Shown: one piece after another, positions 38,041-48,619 of the stretch
Layout: the number at the start of each line of letters is the position of its first letter
Numbering within the stretch: position 1 is the stretch's first letter
Origin: an uncultured Gemmatimonadales bacterium
GTDB taxonomy: Bacteria > Gemmatimonadota > Gemmatimonadetes > Longimicrobiales > RSA9
DNA length: 64,000 nucleotides
NCBI GenBank assembly: GCA_963741945.1
Contig: CAVUKA010000006.1
Coordinates: 64,001 to 128,000 of the forward strand
Direction of reading: 5' to 3'
Program-made: the position numbers and the translations under genes
The notes under the pieces: model-generated
The model's input: the letters and a program-made list of their open reading frames with translations, nothing else
What the model was told of the DNA's origin: nothing
The model's database searches: none

Positions 38041-39567
38041 ATGTCGCCAAGCCTGCCGTACCCCGTCCTCACTGCCGAGGATGCCGCCGAGCTGATCGGG
38101 CACGGCATGACCGTCGGCTTTTCCGGATTCACCGCGGCCGGTGCGGCGAAGGCCGTGCCCACGGCCATTGCCGCGCAGGCGCGGCAGCTGCACGCGGTGG
38201 GAGAGCCGTTCCGCCTGCGCATCCTCACCGGCGCGTCGACGGGTCCGGCGTTCGATGATGCGCTGGCCGAAGCCGACGCCGTGGCCTGGCGTGCGCCGTA
38301 CCAGTCGTCGCGCCCGCTGCGGCAACGCATCAACGCGCAGGAGACGCAGTTCGTGGACATGCACCTGTCGCATGTGCCCCAGATGGTGGAGTTCGGATTC
38401 TTCGGCAAGCTGGACGTGGCGGTGGTGGAAGCGACGGAGGTGACGCGGGACGGCCGCGTTTACCTGACCACGTCGGTGGGCGCGTCGCCCACGCTCCTGA
38501 AGCACGCCGAGCGGGTGATCATCGAAATCAACCGCCACGCTTCACCACGGCTGGGGGAGATGCACGACATCGCGGTGCTCCCACCGCCGCCGCATCGGAA
38601 CCCGATCCCGATCTTCCACCCCATGTCGCGCATGGGCGTGCCGTACGCGTCCGTCGACCCGCGGCGGATCGTGGGCGTGGTGGAGACCGACGCGCCCGAC
38701 GGTGTCGCCCCGTTCGACGAGGCGGACGAGACCAGCCGGCGAATCGCCGACCACGTGGTCTCCTTCCTCCTGGGCGAGCTGCGCGCCGGCCGCATCCCCG
38801 ACGACTTCCTCCCGGTCCAGGCCGGGGTGGGCAACATATCCAACGCCGTCATGGCCAACCTGGGGCTGAGCGCCGTTCCGCCGTTCTACATGTACACGGA
38901 AGTGATCCAGGATGCGCTCATCGACCTGATGACGGAGGGGCGCCTCCTGGGCGCGTCCACGTGCGCGCTGACGCTCTCCGACGACACCATGCAGCGCGTC
39001 TACGACGCCATGGACTTCTTCACGCCGCGGGTGGTGCTGCGGCCGCAGGAGCTGTCGAACAACCCGGGGATCATCCGGCGCCTTGGAGTCATTGCCATCA
39101 ACACGGCCATCGAGGCCGATGTCTACGGCAACGTCAACTCCACGCACGTCCTGGGCACGCAGCTGATGAACGGGATCGGCGGCTCCGGCGACTTCGTACG
39201 CAACGCATATCTCTCGGTGATGATGTGCCCGAGCACGGCCAAGCGCGGCACGATCTCCACCATCGTGCCCATGGTGACGCACGTGGACCACAACGAGCAC
39301 TCGCTCCAGGTGCTCGTCACCGAGCAGGGGCTGGCCGACCTGCGCGGCAAGGGGCCGCTGGAGCGCGCCACGATCATCATCGATCAGTGCGCCCACCCGG
39401 CCTACCGCGACTACCTCCACCACTACGTGGACGAAGCCCCCATGGGCCATATCCGACACGACCTCTCCCGCTGCTTCGAGCTGCACCGGAACCTGATCGA
39501 GCGCGGACGGATGCTCCCCGACCTCGCGGTCGAGGACGCCAGCGAACACCCCAACTCACGGTCCTGA
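38041..39567 (+). CDS. Succinate CoA-transferase (acetyl-CoA hydrolase/transferase family, ScpC/Cat1-like)
   Basis: SGFTAAG, QAGVGNISNAV, YTEVIQD, GIGGSGDF, VTEQGLADLRG. Confidence 0.93.
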   Translation: MSPSLPYPVLTAEDAAELIGHGMTVGFSGFTAAGAAKAVPTAIAAQARQLHAVGEPFRLRILTGASTGPAFDDALAEADAVAWRAPYQSSRPLRQRINAQETQFVDMHLSHVPQMVEFGFFGKLDVAVVEATEVTRDGRVYLTTSVGASPTLLKHAERVIIEINRHASPRLGEMHDIAVLPPPPHRNPIPIFHPMSRMGVPYASVDPRRIVGVVETDAPDGVAPFDEADETSRRIADHVVSFLLGELRAGRIPDDFLPVQAGVGNISNAVMANLGLSAVPPFYMYTEVIQDALIDLMTEGRLLGASTCALTLSDDTMQRVYDAMDFFTPRVVLRPQELSNNPGIIRRLGVIAINTAIEADVYGNVNSTHVLGTQLMNGIGGSGDFVRNAYLSVMMCPSTAKRGTISTIVPMVTHVDHNEHSLQVLVTEQGLADLRGKGPLERATIIIDQCAHPAYRDYLHHYVDEAPMGHIRHDLSRCFELHRNLIERGRMLPDLAVEDASEHPNSRS

Positions 39568-39568
39568 G

Positions 39569-39856
39569 ATGATCGTCAAAGCGATCCTGCTGCGGCGAGT
39601 GCCGCTCGACAAGGCGGGCGAGCTCAAGCCGCTGCTCATGGAAATGCGCGCCCTGGCCCTGGCCCAGCCCGGCTACATCTCGGGCGAGACGCTCATGAAC
39701 GCCGATGACCCGGAGGAATACCTGGTCATCAGCACCTGGGCGGACATCGACCACTGGAAGGTCTGGCTACGGAACCCGGAGCGCATCATGGTCCAGCGGC
39801 AGATCGACAGCCTGCTCGGCCGCGAGACGCTCTACCAGGTCTACTACAACGCTTGA
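39569..39856 (+). CDS. Antibiotic biosynthesis monooxygenase (ABM) family protein
   Basis: [11 protein letters not shown]...YLVISTW...W pattern; 95 aa. Confidence 0.8.
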   Translation: MIVKAILLRRVPLDKAGELKPLLMEMRALALAQPGYISGETLMNADDPEEYLVISTWADIDHWKVWLRNPERIMVQRQIDSLLGRETLYQVYYNA

Positions 39857-41424
39857 GCGGAGACGCGGCCTTGGACAGCATGCAACGGCGGATCGACGAC
39901 CTCCTCGAGCGGCGGCGCCAGGCGCTGCTGGGTGCCGGCGAGGAGCGGATCGCCCGGCACCACGAGCGCGGCCGCTTCACGGCACGCGAGCGCCTCGACC
40001 TGCTCCTCGACGAAGGCTCGTTCGAGGAGTTCGACATGCTGAAGGAGCACCGCTGCACGAACTTCGGCATGGAGACGAAACGCGTCCCGGGAGACGGCGT
40101 GGTGACCGGCTACGGGACCATCGACGGACGGCTCGTCTATGTCTACGCCTTCGATGCCACGGTCTTCGGCGGATCGCTGTCGGAGACCGTGGCCGAGAAG
40201 ATCTGCAAGGTGATGGACCTGGCGGCCCGGAACGGGGCGCCGATCATCGGCCTGAACGACTCCGGCGGCGCGCGCATTCAGGAAGGGATCGAGAGCCTGG
40301 CCGGCTACACGGAGATCTTCCTCCGCAACGTCATGCTGTCGGGCGTGGTGCCGCAGATTTCGGGGATTTTCGGCGCCTGTGCGGGCGGCGCCGTCTACTC
40401 CCCGGCGCTCACCGACTTCACCATCATGGTGGAAGGCGGCTCCTACATGTTCCTGACGGGGCCCAAAGTGGTGAGGGCCGTGACGCACGAGGATGTGGAC
40501 GAGGAGACGCTGGGCGGTGCCGCGATCCACACCGGCCGCAGCGGCGTCGCCCAGCTTTCCTCGCCTTCCGAGCCGGAAGCGCTCGCACTGCTCCGGCGGC
40601 TGCTCTCCTTCATGCCATCCAACAATCTGGGCTCGGCACCCCGGCGGGATTCGCCGGATCCGCCCGACCGCGAAGTGCCGGAGATGGATTCGGTCCTCCC
40701 CGAGAATTCCGACCAGCCGTACGACATCCGGGACGTGATCGTCGGGACCGTGGATGAGGGAGACTTCCTCGAGATCCAGCCGCAGTTCGGGGCCAGCCTG
40801 GTGGTGGGCTTCGCCCGCTACGGCGGCATGCCCGTGGGCGTCGTCGCCAACCAGCCCGCCCACCTCGCCGGCGTGCTGGACAACGATGCCTCCGTGAAAG
40901 GCGCCCGGTTCGTCCGCTTCTGCGACTGCTTCAACCTGCCCGTGGTCACGTTCGTCGACGTGCCGGGCTTCATGCCGGGCACCGTGCAGGAGTACGGCGG
41001 CATCATCCGCAACGGCGCCAAGCTGCTGTACGCGTTCGCGGAGGCCACCATCCCGAAAGTGACGGTGACCACGCGCAAGGCGTACGGCGGGGCGTACTGC
41101 GTCATGAGCTCCAAGCACCTGCGCGGCGACATCAACTACGCCTGGCCCACGGCGGAGATCGCCGTCATGGGCGCCCGCGGCGCCGTGGGCATCCTGTATG
41201 CCAGGGAGATCCAGGCGAGCGAGGATCCCGACGCCGCGGCCGCGGAGAAGGCGGCCGAGTACGGCGAGCGATTCGAAAACCCGTACGAGGCCGCGAGGCG
41301 AGGCTATGTGGACGCCGTCATACGCCCCGCCCAGACCCGGGTGCGGATCTGCAAGGCGCTGCGGATGCTGGAGAACAAGCAGGTGAGCAACCTGCCCAAG
41401 AAGCACGGCAACATTCCGCTTTGA
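39853..41424 (+). CDS. mmdA: Methylmalonyl-CoA decarboxylase alpha (carboxyltransferase) subunit
   Basis: [46 protein letters not shown]. Start is TTG 39853 or ATG 39880. Confidence 0.9.
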   Translation: MSGDAALDSMQRRIDDLLERRRQALLGAGEERIARHHERGRFTARERLDLLLDEGSFEEFDMLKEHRCTNFGMETKRVPGDGVVTGYGTIDGRLVYVYAFDATVFGGSLSETVAEKICKVMDLAARNGAPIIGLNDSGGARIQEGIESLAGYTEIFLRNVMLSGVVPQISGIFGACAGGAVYSPALTDFTIMVEGGSYMFLTGPKVVRAVTHEDVDEETLGGAAIHTGRSGVAQLSSPSEPEALALLRRLLSFMPSNNLGSAPRRDSPDPPDREVPEMDSVLPENSDQPYDIRDVIVGTVDEGDFLEIQPQFGASLVVGFARYGGMPVGVVANQPAHLAGVLDNDASVKGARFVRFCDCFNLPVVTFVDVPGFMPGTVQEYGGIIRNGAKLLYAFAEATIPKVTVTTRKAYGGAYCVMSSKHLRGDINYAWPTAEIAVMGARGAVGILYAREIQASEDPDAAAAEKAAEYGERFENPYEAARRGYVDAVIRPAQTRVRICKALRMLENKQVSNLPKKHGNIPL

Positions 41425-41436
41425 GGTAGGAGCGCC

Positions 41437-41859
41437 ATGGGTTTCCACAACGTCGTGGCAGCGAACGGCTTCTCGGTGGCCCTGACCGGGATGGCGATCG
41501 TTTTCGCCGGGCTGATCCTGGTCAGCCTCTTCATTGCCGCGATCCCTCGCGTGCTGGGGCGCGGCGAGAGCCGCGTCCGGGACATGGCCCGGCGGGGCGC
41601 CGCCTGGAGGGCCGAGCACGCGGCCCGGGCGGCGGGAGCCGTCTCCCGCGGCCCCACCTCCGCCGGCGGGACGATCGATGGCTCCGCGACCGCCGACAAG
41701 CTCCCGGGCGAGTTGCGGGCGGCCATCGCCTACGTACTGGTGGCCGAGCGGGAGCGGGAGCTCGCGCTCGACCGGCAGCACATCACTCTACGAGAGGGCG
41801 AGGAGCAGCGCGTCTGGACCGCCATCGGCAAGATGCGCACGCTCGCCACACGGCTTTGA
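41437..41859 (+). CDS. OadG/MmdD-like Na+-decarboxylase membrane anchor subunit
   Basis: Single TM GMAIVFAGLILV, AAIA motif, W..IGK near the C-terminus; operon position. Confidence 0.8.
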   Translation: MGFHNVVAANGFSVALTGMAIVFAGLILVSLFIAAIPRVLGRGESRVRDMARRGAAWRAEHAARAAGAVSRGPTSAGGTIDGSATADKLPGELRAAIAYVLVAERERELALDRQHITLREGEEQRVWTAIGKMRTLATRL

Positions 41860-41863
41860 ATCC

Positions 41864-42313
41864 ATGCGTCGCTACGAGCTCGACATAGAGGGCAAGCACT
41901 TCTCGGTGGACGTCCTGTCCTTCTCCGCCACCACTGCGGAGCTGGAAGTTGACGGCACGCGCTACACGGTGCGCGTGGAAGACGTGGTCACGGAAGGCGG
42001 GAGCCCCTTCCCCTCGGCCACGGCCCGACCCTTCGCCCGGCCGGAGCCGGAGTCGGCGGCCAAGGCGCCGCCCGCCCGCCCCGTGGGCGTGGGCACGCAC
42101 CCGGGGAGCGTCACCGCCCCGATCCCGGGTCAGATCCTGGAGATCCTCGTGCGCGAGGGCGACGAGGTACGAAAGGGACAGCCGCTTCTGAAGATGGAAG
42201 CCATGAAGATGGAGAACGTGGTGAACGCCCCCGTGGCCGGCACCGTCGCTCAGATCCGGTGCAATCCCGGGGACGCGGTGACGCAGGGCCAGGAGCTGGT
42301 GGTCATCGGCTGA
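41864..42313 (+). CDS. Biotin carboxyl carrier subunit (MmdC-like)
   Basis: EAMKMEN biotinylation motif after a Pro/Ala-rich linker. Confidence 0.92.
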   Translation: MRRYELDIEGKHFSVDVLSFSATTAELEVDGTRYTVRVEDVVTEGGSPFPSATARPFARPEPESAAKAPPARPVGVGTHPGSVTAPIPGQILEILVREGDEVRKGQPLLKMEAMKMENVVNAPVAGTVAQIRCNPGDAVTQGQELVVIG

Positions 42314-42316
42314 GCC

Positions 42317-43444
42317 ATGGGAACGCTTCTACAGTTCATCGGCCAGAGCGGGTTCGCCAACATCACTGCCGGCAACCTCCTCATGATCGCCATCGGCGCC
42401 CTCTTCATCGGACTGGCCGTGGTCAAGCATTACGAGCCGCTCCTTCTCCTCCCCATCGGCTTCGGCATCATCGTCGGAAACCTCGCTGTCGCCCCAGGGA
42501 TGAACCTCGGCGTCTATGACCGCGGCAGCGTCCTCTACTACCTCTACTTCGGCGTCACCCAGGGGATCTACCCGCCCCTCATCTTCCTGGGGATCGGCGC
42601 CATGACCGACTTCTCCACCCTGCTCTCGAATCCCAAGCTCGTTCTCCTGGGAGCAGCGGCGCAGATCGGCATCTTCGGCACCCTCATCGGCGCCCTCTAT
42701 CTCGGCTTCACACCCGCCGAGGCCGGCGCCATCGGCATCATCGGCGGGGCGGACGGACCCACTGCCATCTTCCTCTCCGCCAAGCTCGCGCCGCACCTCC
42801 TGGGCGCCATCGCCATCGCCGCATACTCCTACATGGCGCTGGTCCCCGTCATCCAGCCGCCGATCATGAAGCTCCTCACCACGCGAGAGGAGCGCCTCAT
42901 CCGGATGCGTCCCCCGCGCCGCGTATCTCAGCGCGAGAAGATCCTCTTCCCCATCGGGACCCTGCTCATCTGCGCCCTCATCGCTCCGGGCTCCCTGATC
43001 CTGATCGGCATGCTCATGTTCGGGAACCTGCTCAAGGAGAGCGGCGTCACGGAACGGCTGGCCCAGACCGCACGCACCTCCATGATCGACATCGTCACCA
43101 TCCTGCTCGGCTTCTGTGTGGGCGCCAGCACGCAGGCACAGACGTTCCTGACCACGCAGTCCCTGGGGATCTTCGCTCTCGGCGCCGCTTCTTTCGCCAT
43201 CGCCACTGCCGGTGGCGTCCTCGGCGCCAAGACCATGAACCTGTTTCTGACCGAGAAGATCAACCCGCTCGTCGGCGCCGCCGGCGTTTCCGCCGTCCCC
43301 GATGCCGCTCGCGTCGTCCAGATCGTCGGTCAGAAGGAGGACCCGAACAACTTCCTCCTCATGCACGCCATGGCCCCGAACGTCGCCGGCGTCATCGGCA
43401 GCGCCATCGCCGCCGGCATCCTGTGGAGCGTCCTGGTCCCGTGA
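42317..43444 (+). CDS. mmdB: Na+-translocating decarboxylase beta subunit
   Basis: EPLLLLPIGFG, GIIGGADGPT, AYSYMALVP, GVSAVP, LMHAMAPNVAGVIGS. Confidence 0.93.
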   Translation: MGTLLQFIGQSGFANITAGNLLMIAIGALFIGLAVVKHYEPLLLLPIGFGIIVGNLAVAPGMNLGVYDRGSVLYYLYFGVTQGIYPPLIFLGIGAMTDFSTLLSNPKLVLLGAAAQIGIFGTLIGALYLGFTPAEAGAIGIIGGADGPTAIFLSAKLAPHLLGAIAIAAYSYMALVPVIQPPIMKLLTTREERLIRMRPPRRVSQREKILFPIGTLLICALIAPGSLILIGMLMFGNLLKESGVTERLAQTARTSMIDIVTILLGFCVGASTQAQTFLTTQSLGIFALGAASFAIATAGGVLGAKTMNLFLTEKINPLVGAAGVSAVPDAARVVQIVGQKEDPNNFLLMHAMAPNVAGVIGSAIAAGILWSVLVP

Positions 43445-43486
43445 GGCCCCGGCCACCCGACGCACACGGCCGCCCGGCGATACCGC

Positions 43487-43939
43487 TCAGGCCGAGCCCC
43501 TGAAAAGCTCCGTCAGGTCCAGCGACTCCACCCGCGTACGCGACGCCAGCGACACGTACTCCACCGCCAGCGCCTCCTTCCCCGCGCCCAGCACCGTGCT
43601 CACCAGACCGAACGCCTCCGGGTAGTCCGAAGAGTCCAGCACCTCGACCACCCGCCGCCACACCACTTCCTCGAACGCGTTGTACGCCGCGTGCACCTCC
43701 TGCAGTCCGTACCCCGCCCCGTGACGCGCCCGCGCCACCGCCTGCGCGTGCGTGACCATCGGCACCAGCGTGCGCTCCCGGATGCACTCTGCCGTCAGCT
43801 CGTGCAGAGGACCGATCCGCTCCCGTTTCTCCCCGTCCGTGCTCGACGCATAATGTTTCAGCTCCGGACGCGACAGCGCCCGAACCGCTTCCTCCACCAA
43901 CGACTCCCGCTCCTTCGACAGCAGCTCCAGCACCGTCAT
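43487..43939 (-). CDS. Hypothetical all-helical protein, RsbRD_N-like
   Basis: 150-aa ORF after an RBS-like GGAGG; HAQAVARARHGAGYGLQEV pattern. Confidence 0.6.
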   Translation of the reverse strand: MTVLELLSKERESLVEEAVRALSRPELKHYASSTDGEKRERIGPLHELTAECIRERTLVPMVTHAQAVARARHGAGYGLQEVHAAYNAFEEVVWRRVVEVLDSSDYPEAFGLVSTVLGAGKEALAVEYVSLASRTRVESLDLTELFRGSA

Positions 43940-44174
43940 TCCCCACCTCCTGTCCCCGTCGATCTCCCCCTCCGCCGGCAAAGCTAGATCCCCGCCTGCC
44001 ACCCCGCGAGCCCTCTCCCGCCACCCCCGACCGCGGTCATACGCGCGCGTGCGCGGACGACCGCCACCCGGGACCAGAAACATGCGTTTGGCCGGCACGC
44101 TTCTTTCTACCACTCCCCCACCACCCCCTCGCGGGGATCGCAGCAACCGATGCAACCCACAACCGAGAAGAAGC

Positions 44175-45371
44175 ATGAAAAGAACCTATGCGACGGCAGC
44201 CCTGGCCGCTCTCACGGCCGTGAGCCTGGCTGCATGCGGAGACAACAGCAGCCCCTCCGGTCCAGAGACCACGCAGGCACCCTTCACTGTGGTCATGGAA
44301 CCGCAGAGCGCAGCGAGCGCGGCGAGCATCGCCGGCTCCACGCTGGCGGCGGCTCGGCTGCCGCTGTCGAACGTCACGTCGATCACGCTCCCGCTGGGGG
44401 TCGTGGAAGCGCACACGGTGGGCTCCACCGGGAGCGACGCCTGGGTGGCAGCCGGAGCCGTGGACGAAGACGTCGATCTCCTGGCCCTGCCGTCCGACGG
44501 GATCACGCTCGTGGACAGCTCACTGCCGGAGGGGTCGTATGACGCCCTGCGCTTCTACCTGACCGGCGACCCCACGATCACGTTGAACCAGTCCGTACAG
44601 GTGGGACGAACGACCTTCGAGGCCGGCTCCCATACGCTCGTGATCCCCAGCGCCGACCAGAACGGGATCCGGCTGGCTGCTGACTTCACGGTCGACGCGG
44701 CGGGGCAGGTGCTCACCGTCCTCGTGGACGATCAGGCGACGGTAAACCACGTGACCGCCACGGGCTCCGGCCGGCTCATGATCGCGCCCGTGCTCAACGT
44801 GCGGAATCAGGCGGGCGAGCACGTCGGCGGGCTCGATGACGGTGCAGGCGGGAGCGAGTCCGAGGCGGAGTTCCACGGCACGGTGGCAACGATCGTGGAC
44901 GGCACGGTGAGTCTCGGGGATGGAACGATGATCGAGATCACGGACAGCAGTGAAGTGGGAGGCGACCTCCTGAGCATCGCCGCGGTGCAGGATGCACTCG
45001 ATGCCGGGGAAGTGATCACGGCCGAGGGCGAGGGTTCCCTGGCCAGCGACGGCGAGACGATCGTGGCCGACAGGATCGAGTTCGAGGTGGAGTCCGAGGC
45101 CGGGAACGAGATCCGGGGGACCGTGTCCAATGTCGACGTTGCGGGTCGAAGCTTCAATGTCACGAACGGGAGCGGGACCACGACCGTAGTCCTGACCGAT
45201 ACCACGGAAGTGGACTTTGAGGACGGGCTCGTGGACCTCGCGAACGTCGGCTCACTCGTGACCGGCGGCACAACGGTATACGCCGAGGTCGAAGGGACCC
45301 TTGCCGGTGACACGCTCACTGCCACGGAAGTGGACTTCAAGCTGGACATGGGCATGGACGGCGGCGAGTAG
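44175..45371 (+). CDS. Lipoprotein with DUF4382-like and two DUF5666-like domains
   Basis: Lipobox LAAC; VDLL.L, LPEGSY..LR, IPSA.Q.G; two EF/IxGTV...V/IEG...A..I/V repeats. Confidence 0.7.
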   Translation: MKRTYATAALAALTAVSLAACGDNSSPSGPETTQAPFTVVMEPQSAASAASIAGSTLAAARLPLSNVTSITLPLGVVEAHTVGSTGSDAWVAAGAVDEDVDLLALPSDGITLVDSSLPEGSYDALRFYLTGDPTITLNQSVQVGRTTFEAGSHTLVIPSADQNGIRLAADFTVDAAGQVLTVLVDDQATVNHVTATGSGRLMIAPVLNVRNQAGEHVGGLDDGAGGSESEAEFHGTVATIVDGTVSLGDGTMIEITDSSEVGGDLLSIAAVQDALDAGEVITAEGEGSLASDGETIVADRIEFEVESEAGNEIRGTVSNVDVAGRSFNVTNGSGTTTVVLTDTTEVDFEDGLVDLANVGSLVTGGTTVYAEVEGTLAGDTLTATEVDFKLDMGMDGGE

Positions 45372-45400
45372 CGCACCGCGCGCCCCCGGCCAGCAGAGAG

Positions 45401-45436
45401 AACCCCCGGCAGCGGAGAGATCCGGTGCCGGGGGTT
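45401..45436. terminator. Hairpin between convergent genes
   Basis: AACCCCCGGCA-g-CGGA gaga TCCG-g-TGCCGGGGGTT. Confidence 0.6.
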
Positions 45437-45446
45437 TCCCGTGTTC

Positions 45447-47063
45447 TCAGCTGGCCAGCCCTTCCTCCACGAGCGCCTCGCGCGCGACCTGCTCTTCGAG
45501 GCGCTGATCGTTCGACAGCTCGGGGACGCGCCACTGCTCCCGCAGGAACCAGCCCAGGGCCAGGAATGCGCCCAGGATGTTGGAGATCGGGTAGGCCCAC
45601 CAGATCCCCTGCTCACCGAGGCCGGCCCGCGCGGAGAGGATCCAGGCGAGCGGGAAGAGGAAGACCCAGAGGGAGATGACGGTAATGAGGAGCGCGCTCC
45701 CCGTTCGGCCCGCGCCACGGAGCGAGCCCGTGATCACCTGCTGGATGCCGAGGAACCCGAAGGAGAGGGCCATGATGTGGATGAAGCGCGTGCCGACGCT
45801 CACCACGTCCGGCTCGTCGGGTACGAACGCGCGGATGATGGCGGAAGCGAAGAAGAAGAGGAGGAGCCCGGCCGCGGTCATGCCGGTGAACGCCACGACC
45901 ATGGCGGTCCGGGCGGTGTCGCGCGCGCGCTCGGGCCTGCGCGCGCCGAGGTTCTGGCCGACGAGCGTGGTGGCGGCCATGGAGAGCCCGAGGGCGGGGA
46001 TGATGATGAAGCTCAGGATGCGGGTTCCGATCCCGTATGCGGCGACGATGGTCGTGCCGAAGCCGGTGACCAGCAGCATCATGACCGAGAAGCCGAGCCC
46101 GCGGGCCGATTGCTCGAGAGAGGACGGCAGGCCGAGCTTGAAGATGCGCATCACGAGGGGGAAGTCCGGGGAAAGGTCCCGCCGGCGGAGGTGGATGCCG
46201 AAGCGGCCTATGGTGAGCACGCGGAGCCCGATCACGGCGGCCAGGCTCTGCGTGGCCACCGTCGCCACCGCGGCCCCACCCACGCCCATCTCGGGAAACG
46301 GTCCGAGCCCGAGGATGAGCAGCGGATCGAGGAAGAAGTTCAGCACCACGGTCCCGGCCACGATGAAGAGCGGCGTCCGGACGTCGCCCACGCCCCGCAT
46401 CAGTGACTGCACCACGAAGTAGAGGAAGACCGCCACCAGTCCGAGGAAGGAGATGCTGAGGTAGCTGGTGGCGAGTCGCTCCACCTGCGCGTCGGGCGCA
46501 AAGGCGTGCATGATCGGACCGGCAATGAAGTAGCCGAAGACGGAGAGGCCGATCGACACGGTGCCCACGGCCACGAGGGTCTGCGCCGCCACGTGGTCCA
46601 CCATCCGGGCGTCGCCCGCGCCGTAGTACTGCGCCACGAGGATCGCCCCCGCGATCGACAGCCCGCCGCCCAGGGATATGATCACGAAGAGGACGGGGAA
46701 GCTGACGGACACGGCGGCCACGGCGGCGGCGCCCAGGCGCCCGACCCAGAACGTGTCGATGAGCTGATAGACGGTCTGGAGCACGTTGGCGGCGACGATC
46801 GGACCGGCCAGCGCCAGCAGCGCCCTCCAGATCGACCCGCTCGTCAGACTGCTCCGGCCTTGGCCTTTCCCGTTCCCGCCCGCGGGCCGATCGGACTCGG
46901 GCGGCTCCGAACGCGCGCTCCGCCTGCTCGCCAGGCTACGCGAGCGGCCGGGCCGCGCACCCTCGTTCAGCGTGCCTGGACGGGCCAGACCCCATGGCTT
47001 CCGGACCCGCCTGCCCGCCGTTCGCCGCTCTTCTTCTCCGTGGTTGCGGTCTCCACGCGCCAT
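45447..47063 (-). CDS. MATE family efflux transporter (start uncertain)
   Basis: LTSGSIWRALL, IDTFWVGRLG, GVGDVRTPL, GVGGAAVAT, VGQNLGA, LRGAG. Confidence 0.92.
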   Translation of the reverse strand: MARGDRNHGEEERRTAGRRVRKPWGLARPGTLNEGARPGRSRSLASRRSARSEPPESDRPAGGNGKGQGRSSLTSGSIWRALLALAGPIVAANVLQTVYQLIDTFWVGRLGAAAVAAVSVSFPVLFVIISLGGGLSIAGAILVAQYYGAGDARMVDHVAAQTLVAVGTVSIGLSVFGYFIAGPIMHAFAPDAQVERLATSYLSISFLGLVAVFLYFVVQSLMRGVGDVRTPLFIVAGTVVLNFFLDPLLILGLGPFPEMGVGGAAVATVATQSLAAVIGLRVLTIGRFGIHLRRRDLSPDFPLVMRIFKLGLPSSLEQSARGLGFSVMMLLVTGFGTTIVAAYGIGTRILSFIIIPALGLSMAATTLVGQNLGARRPERARDTARTAMVVAFTGMTAAGLLLFFFASAIIRAFVPDEPDVVSVGTRFIHIMALSFGFLGIQQVITGSLRGAGRTGSALLITVISLWVFLFPLAWILSARAGLGEQGIWWAYPISNILGAFLALGWFLREQWRVPELSNDQRLEEQVAREALVEEGLAS

Positions 47064-47207
47064 CCCACTCGACCCCCGTTGGATCCGCCGCGCCTGAAGT
47101 GATCTCCGCCGCTCCTGCGCACGTATCGGGCCGTTGCGACGGCCGCGCGCGTCATGGGACCGGGTCTGGCTGGTGGAGACCGTTGGCCGCGCCGTTAGCT
47201 TTCGTCC

Positions 47208-48431
47208 ATGAAGGACGGCAGGAGCGGATCGGGAGCGGAAAGTCGAACGGGCCACGCGGCCCACCGGGCCGACGACCCCGCGGAGCACGGGGGCGTTCCG
47301 GTGGCGCGCGTGCTGGTCGTGATGTCGACGTGGATCGTCGCGTGTTGGGCGGCGCTCGGGCTCCTGTTCGCGCCAGTGGTCCCGGGCGGCTGGGGCCTGG
47401 TGGCCGTGCTCGGCGTGTTCTCGGCGCTTCCGCTGGTGGTGCTGGTCCGCGGCTTCGCGACGCGCGCGTATCCCGGGGCCGCCGTGCGGCTATGGGTGCT
47501 GCGACCCTTCTGGTATGTCCAGCTGGGCCTTCCACTGCTCGTGGCCGGTGCGGTGGTCGGAACGGGGGTGGGGCTGCTGGTCGGGCATCCCGGGGTGGGC
47601 GGGCGTGTGGCGGTGGCCGCCATGTTCGCGCTCCTGGTGCTCGCGGGCGTCTGGGGCTACGTCGGCTCGAGGCGCCTGCGCGTCGAGCATCTCTCCCTCC
47701 GCTTCGCGGCTCTGCCGGTTGGACTGGAAGGGCTCCGGATCGTGCAGCTGTCCGATCTGCACGTGGGGCCGCACACGCCCCGGCGGTACCTGCGCCGGAT
47801 CGTGAGCGCCGCCAGGGCGGCGAGGCCCGACCTGGTGGCGATCACGGGCGACCAGGTGGACGACTACGCCGAAGACGTCACCCACTTCGTCCGCGCCTTC
47901 CGCGAGCTCAGCGCCCCGCTGGGCGTGTTCGCGGTGGCGGGAAACCACGACGTCTACGCGGGGTGGTCGGCGGTGCGGGATGGGATGGAAGCCGCGGGAA
48001 TCCGGGTCCTGGTGAACGAGGCGGTCCCGCTGGACCGCGCCGGCGCGCGCCTCTGGCTGGCGGGGACGGGGGATCCGGCCGGGTCGGCGTGGTCCCGCGA
48101 CGGCGGCGCCGATGCCGCTCCGGACGTGGAGCGCACGCTGGCGGACGTTCCGCCGGGGGCGTTCACCGTGGTGCTGGCGCACAATCCGGCGCTCTGGCCG
48201 TCCCTGGCCGGGCGAGGTGTCCATCTGACGCTGAGCGGGCACACGCACCATGGCCAGCTGTCCATTCCGCGCTGGCGCTGGAGCCTCGCCTCGCCGTTCC
48301 TGGACCTTGCCATGGGGCTGCACCGCCGCGGAGACTCGGTGCTCTACATCTCCCCTGGCACCAACTACTGGGGGCTGCCCCTGCGAATCGGCGCGCTGCC
48401 GGAAGTGACCGTGGTCGTGCTGACCCGCTGA
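47208..48431 (+). CDS. Membrane-anchored calcineurin-like metallophosphoesterase (YkuE/YaeI-like)
   Basis: SDLH, TGDQVD, GNHD, LAHNP, SGHTH. Confidence 0.92.
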   Translation: MKDGRSGSGAESRTGHAAHRADDPAEHGGVPVARVLVVMSTWIVACWAALGLLFAPVVPGGWGLVAVLGVFSALPLVVLVRGFATRAYPGAAVRLWVLRPFWYVQLGLPLLVAGAVVGTGVGLLVGHPGVGGRVAVAAMFALLVLAGVWGYVGSRRLRVEHLSLRFAALPVGLEGLRIVQLSDLHVGPHTPRRYLRRIVSAARAARPDLVAITGDQVDDYAEDVTHFVRAFRELSAPLGVFAVAGNHDVYAGWSAVRDGMEAAGIRVLVNEAVPLDRAGARLWLAGTGDPAGSAWSRDGGADAAPDVERTLADVPPGAFTVVLAHNPALWPSLAGRGVHLTLSGHTHHGQLSIPRWRWSLASPFLDLAMGLHRRGDSVLYISPGTNYWGLPLRIGALPEVTVVVLTR

Positions 48432-48619
48432 GCCCGCGACCGACGGGACGAGCACACCCCGCGTGACCCGGGGCTCCCGTGCGGTGCTCGCTTCGCCCCG
48501 ACGGTGCGCCTCCCGGAAGCGCGAACATCGGGCTACATTTCGGCATCCTGCCGGCGCCGGGGAGGATCCGGGCGCCGGACGCTCCCGTGCGGAGCCCAGT
48601 TCCCCGAGCCACCGGAGCC

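Noticed and set aside
44089-44110. Sigma-54 promoter (CGGCACGCTTCTTTC) upstream of the DUF4382 lipoprotein
   Set aside because: The -24 element fits but the invariant -12 GC is missing.
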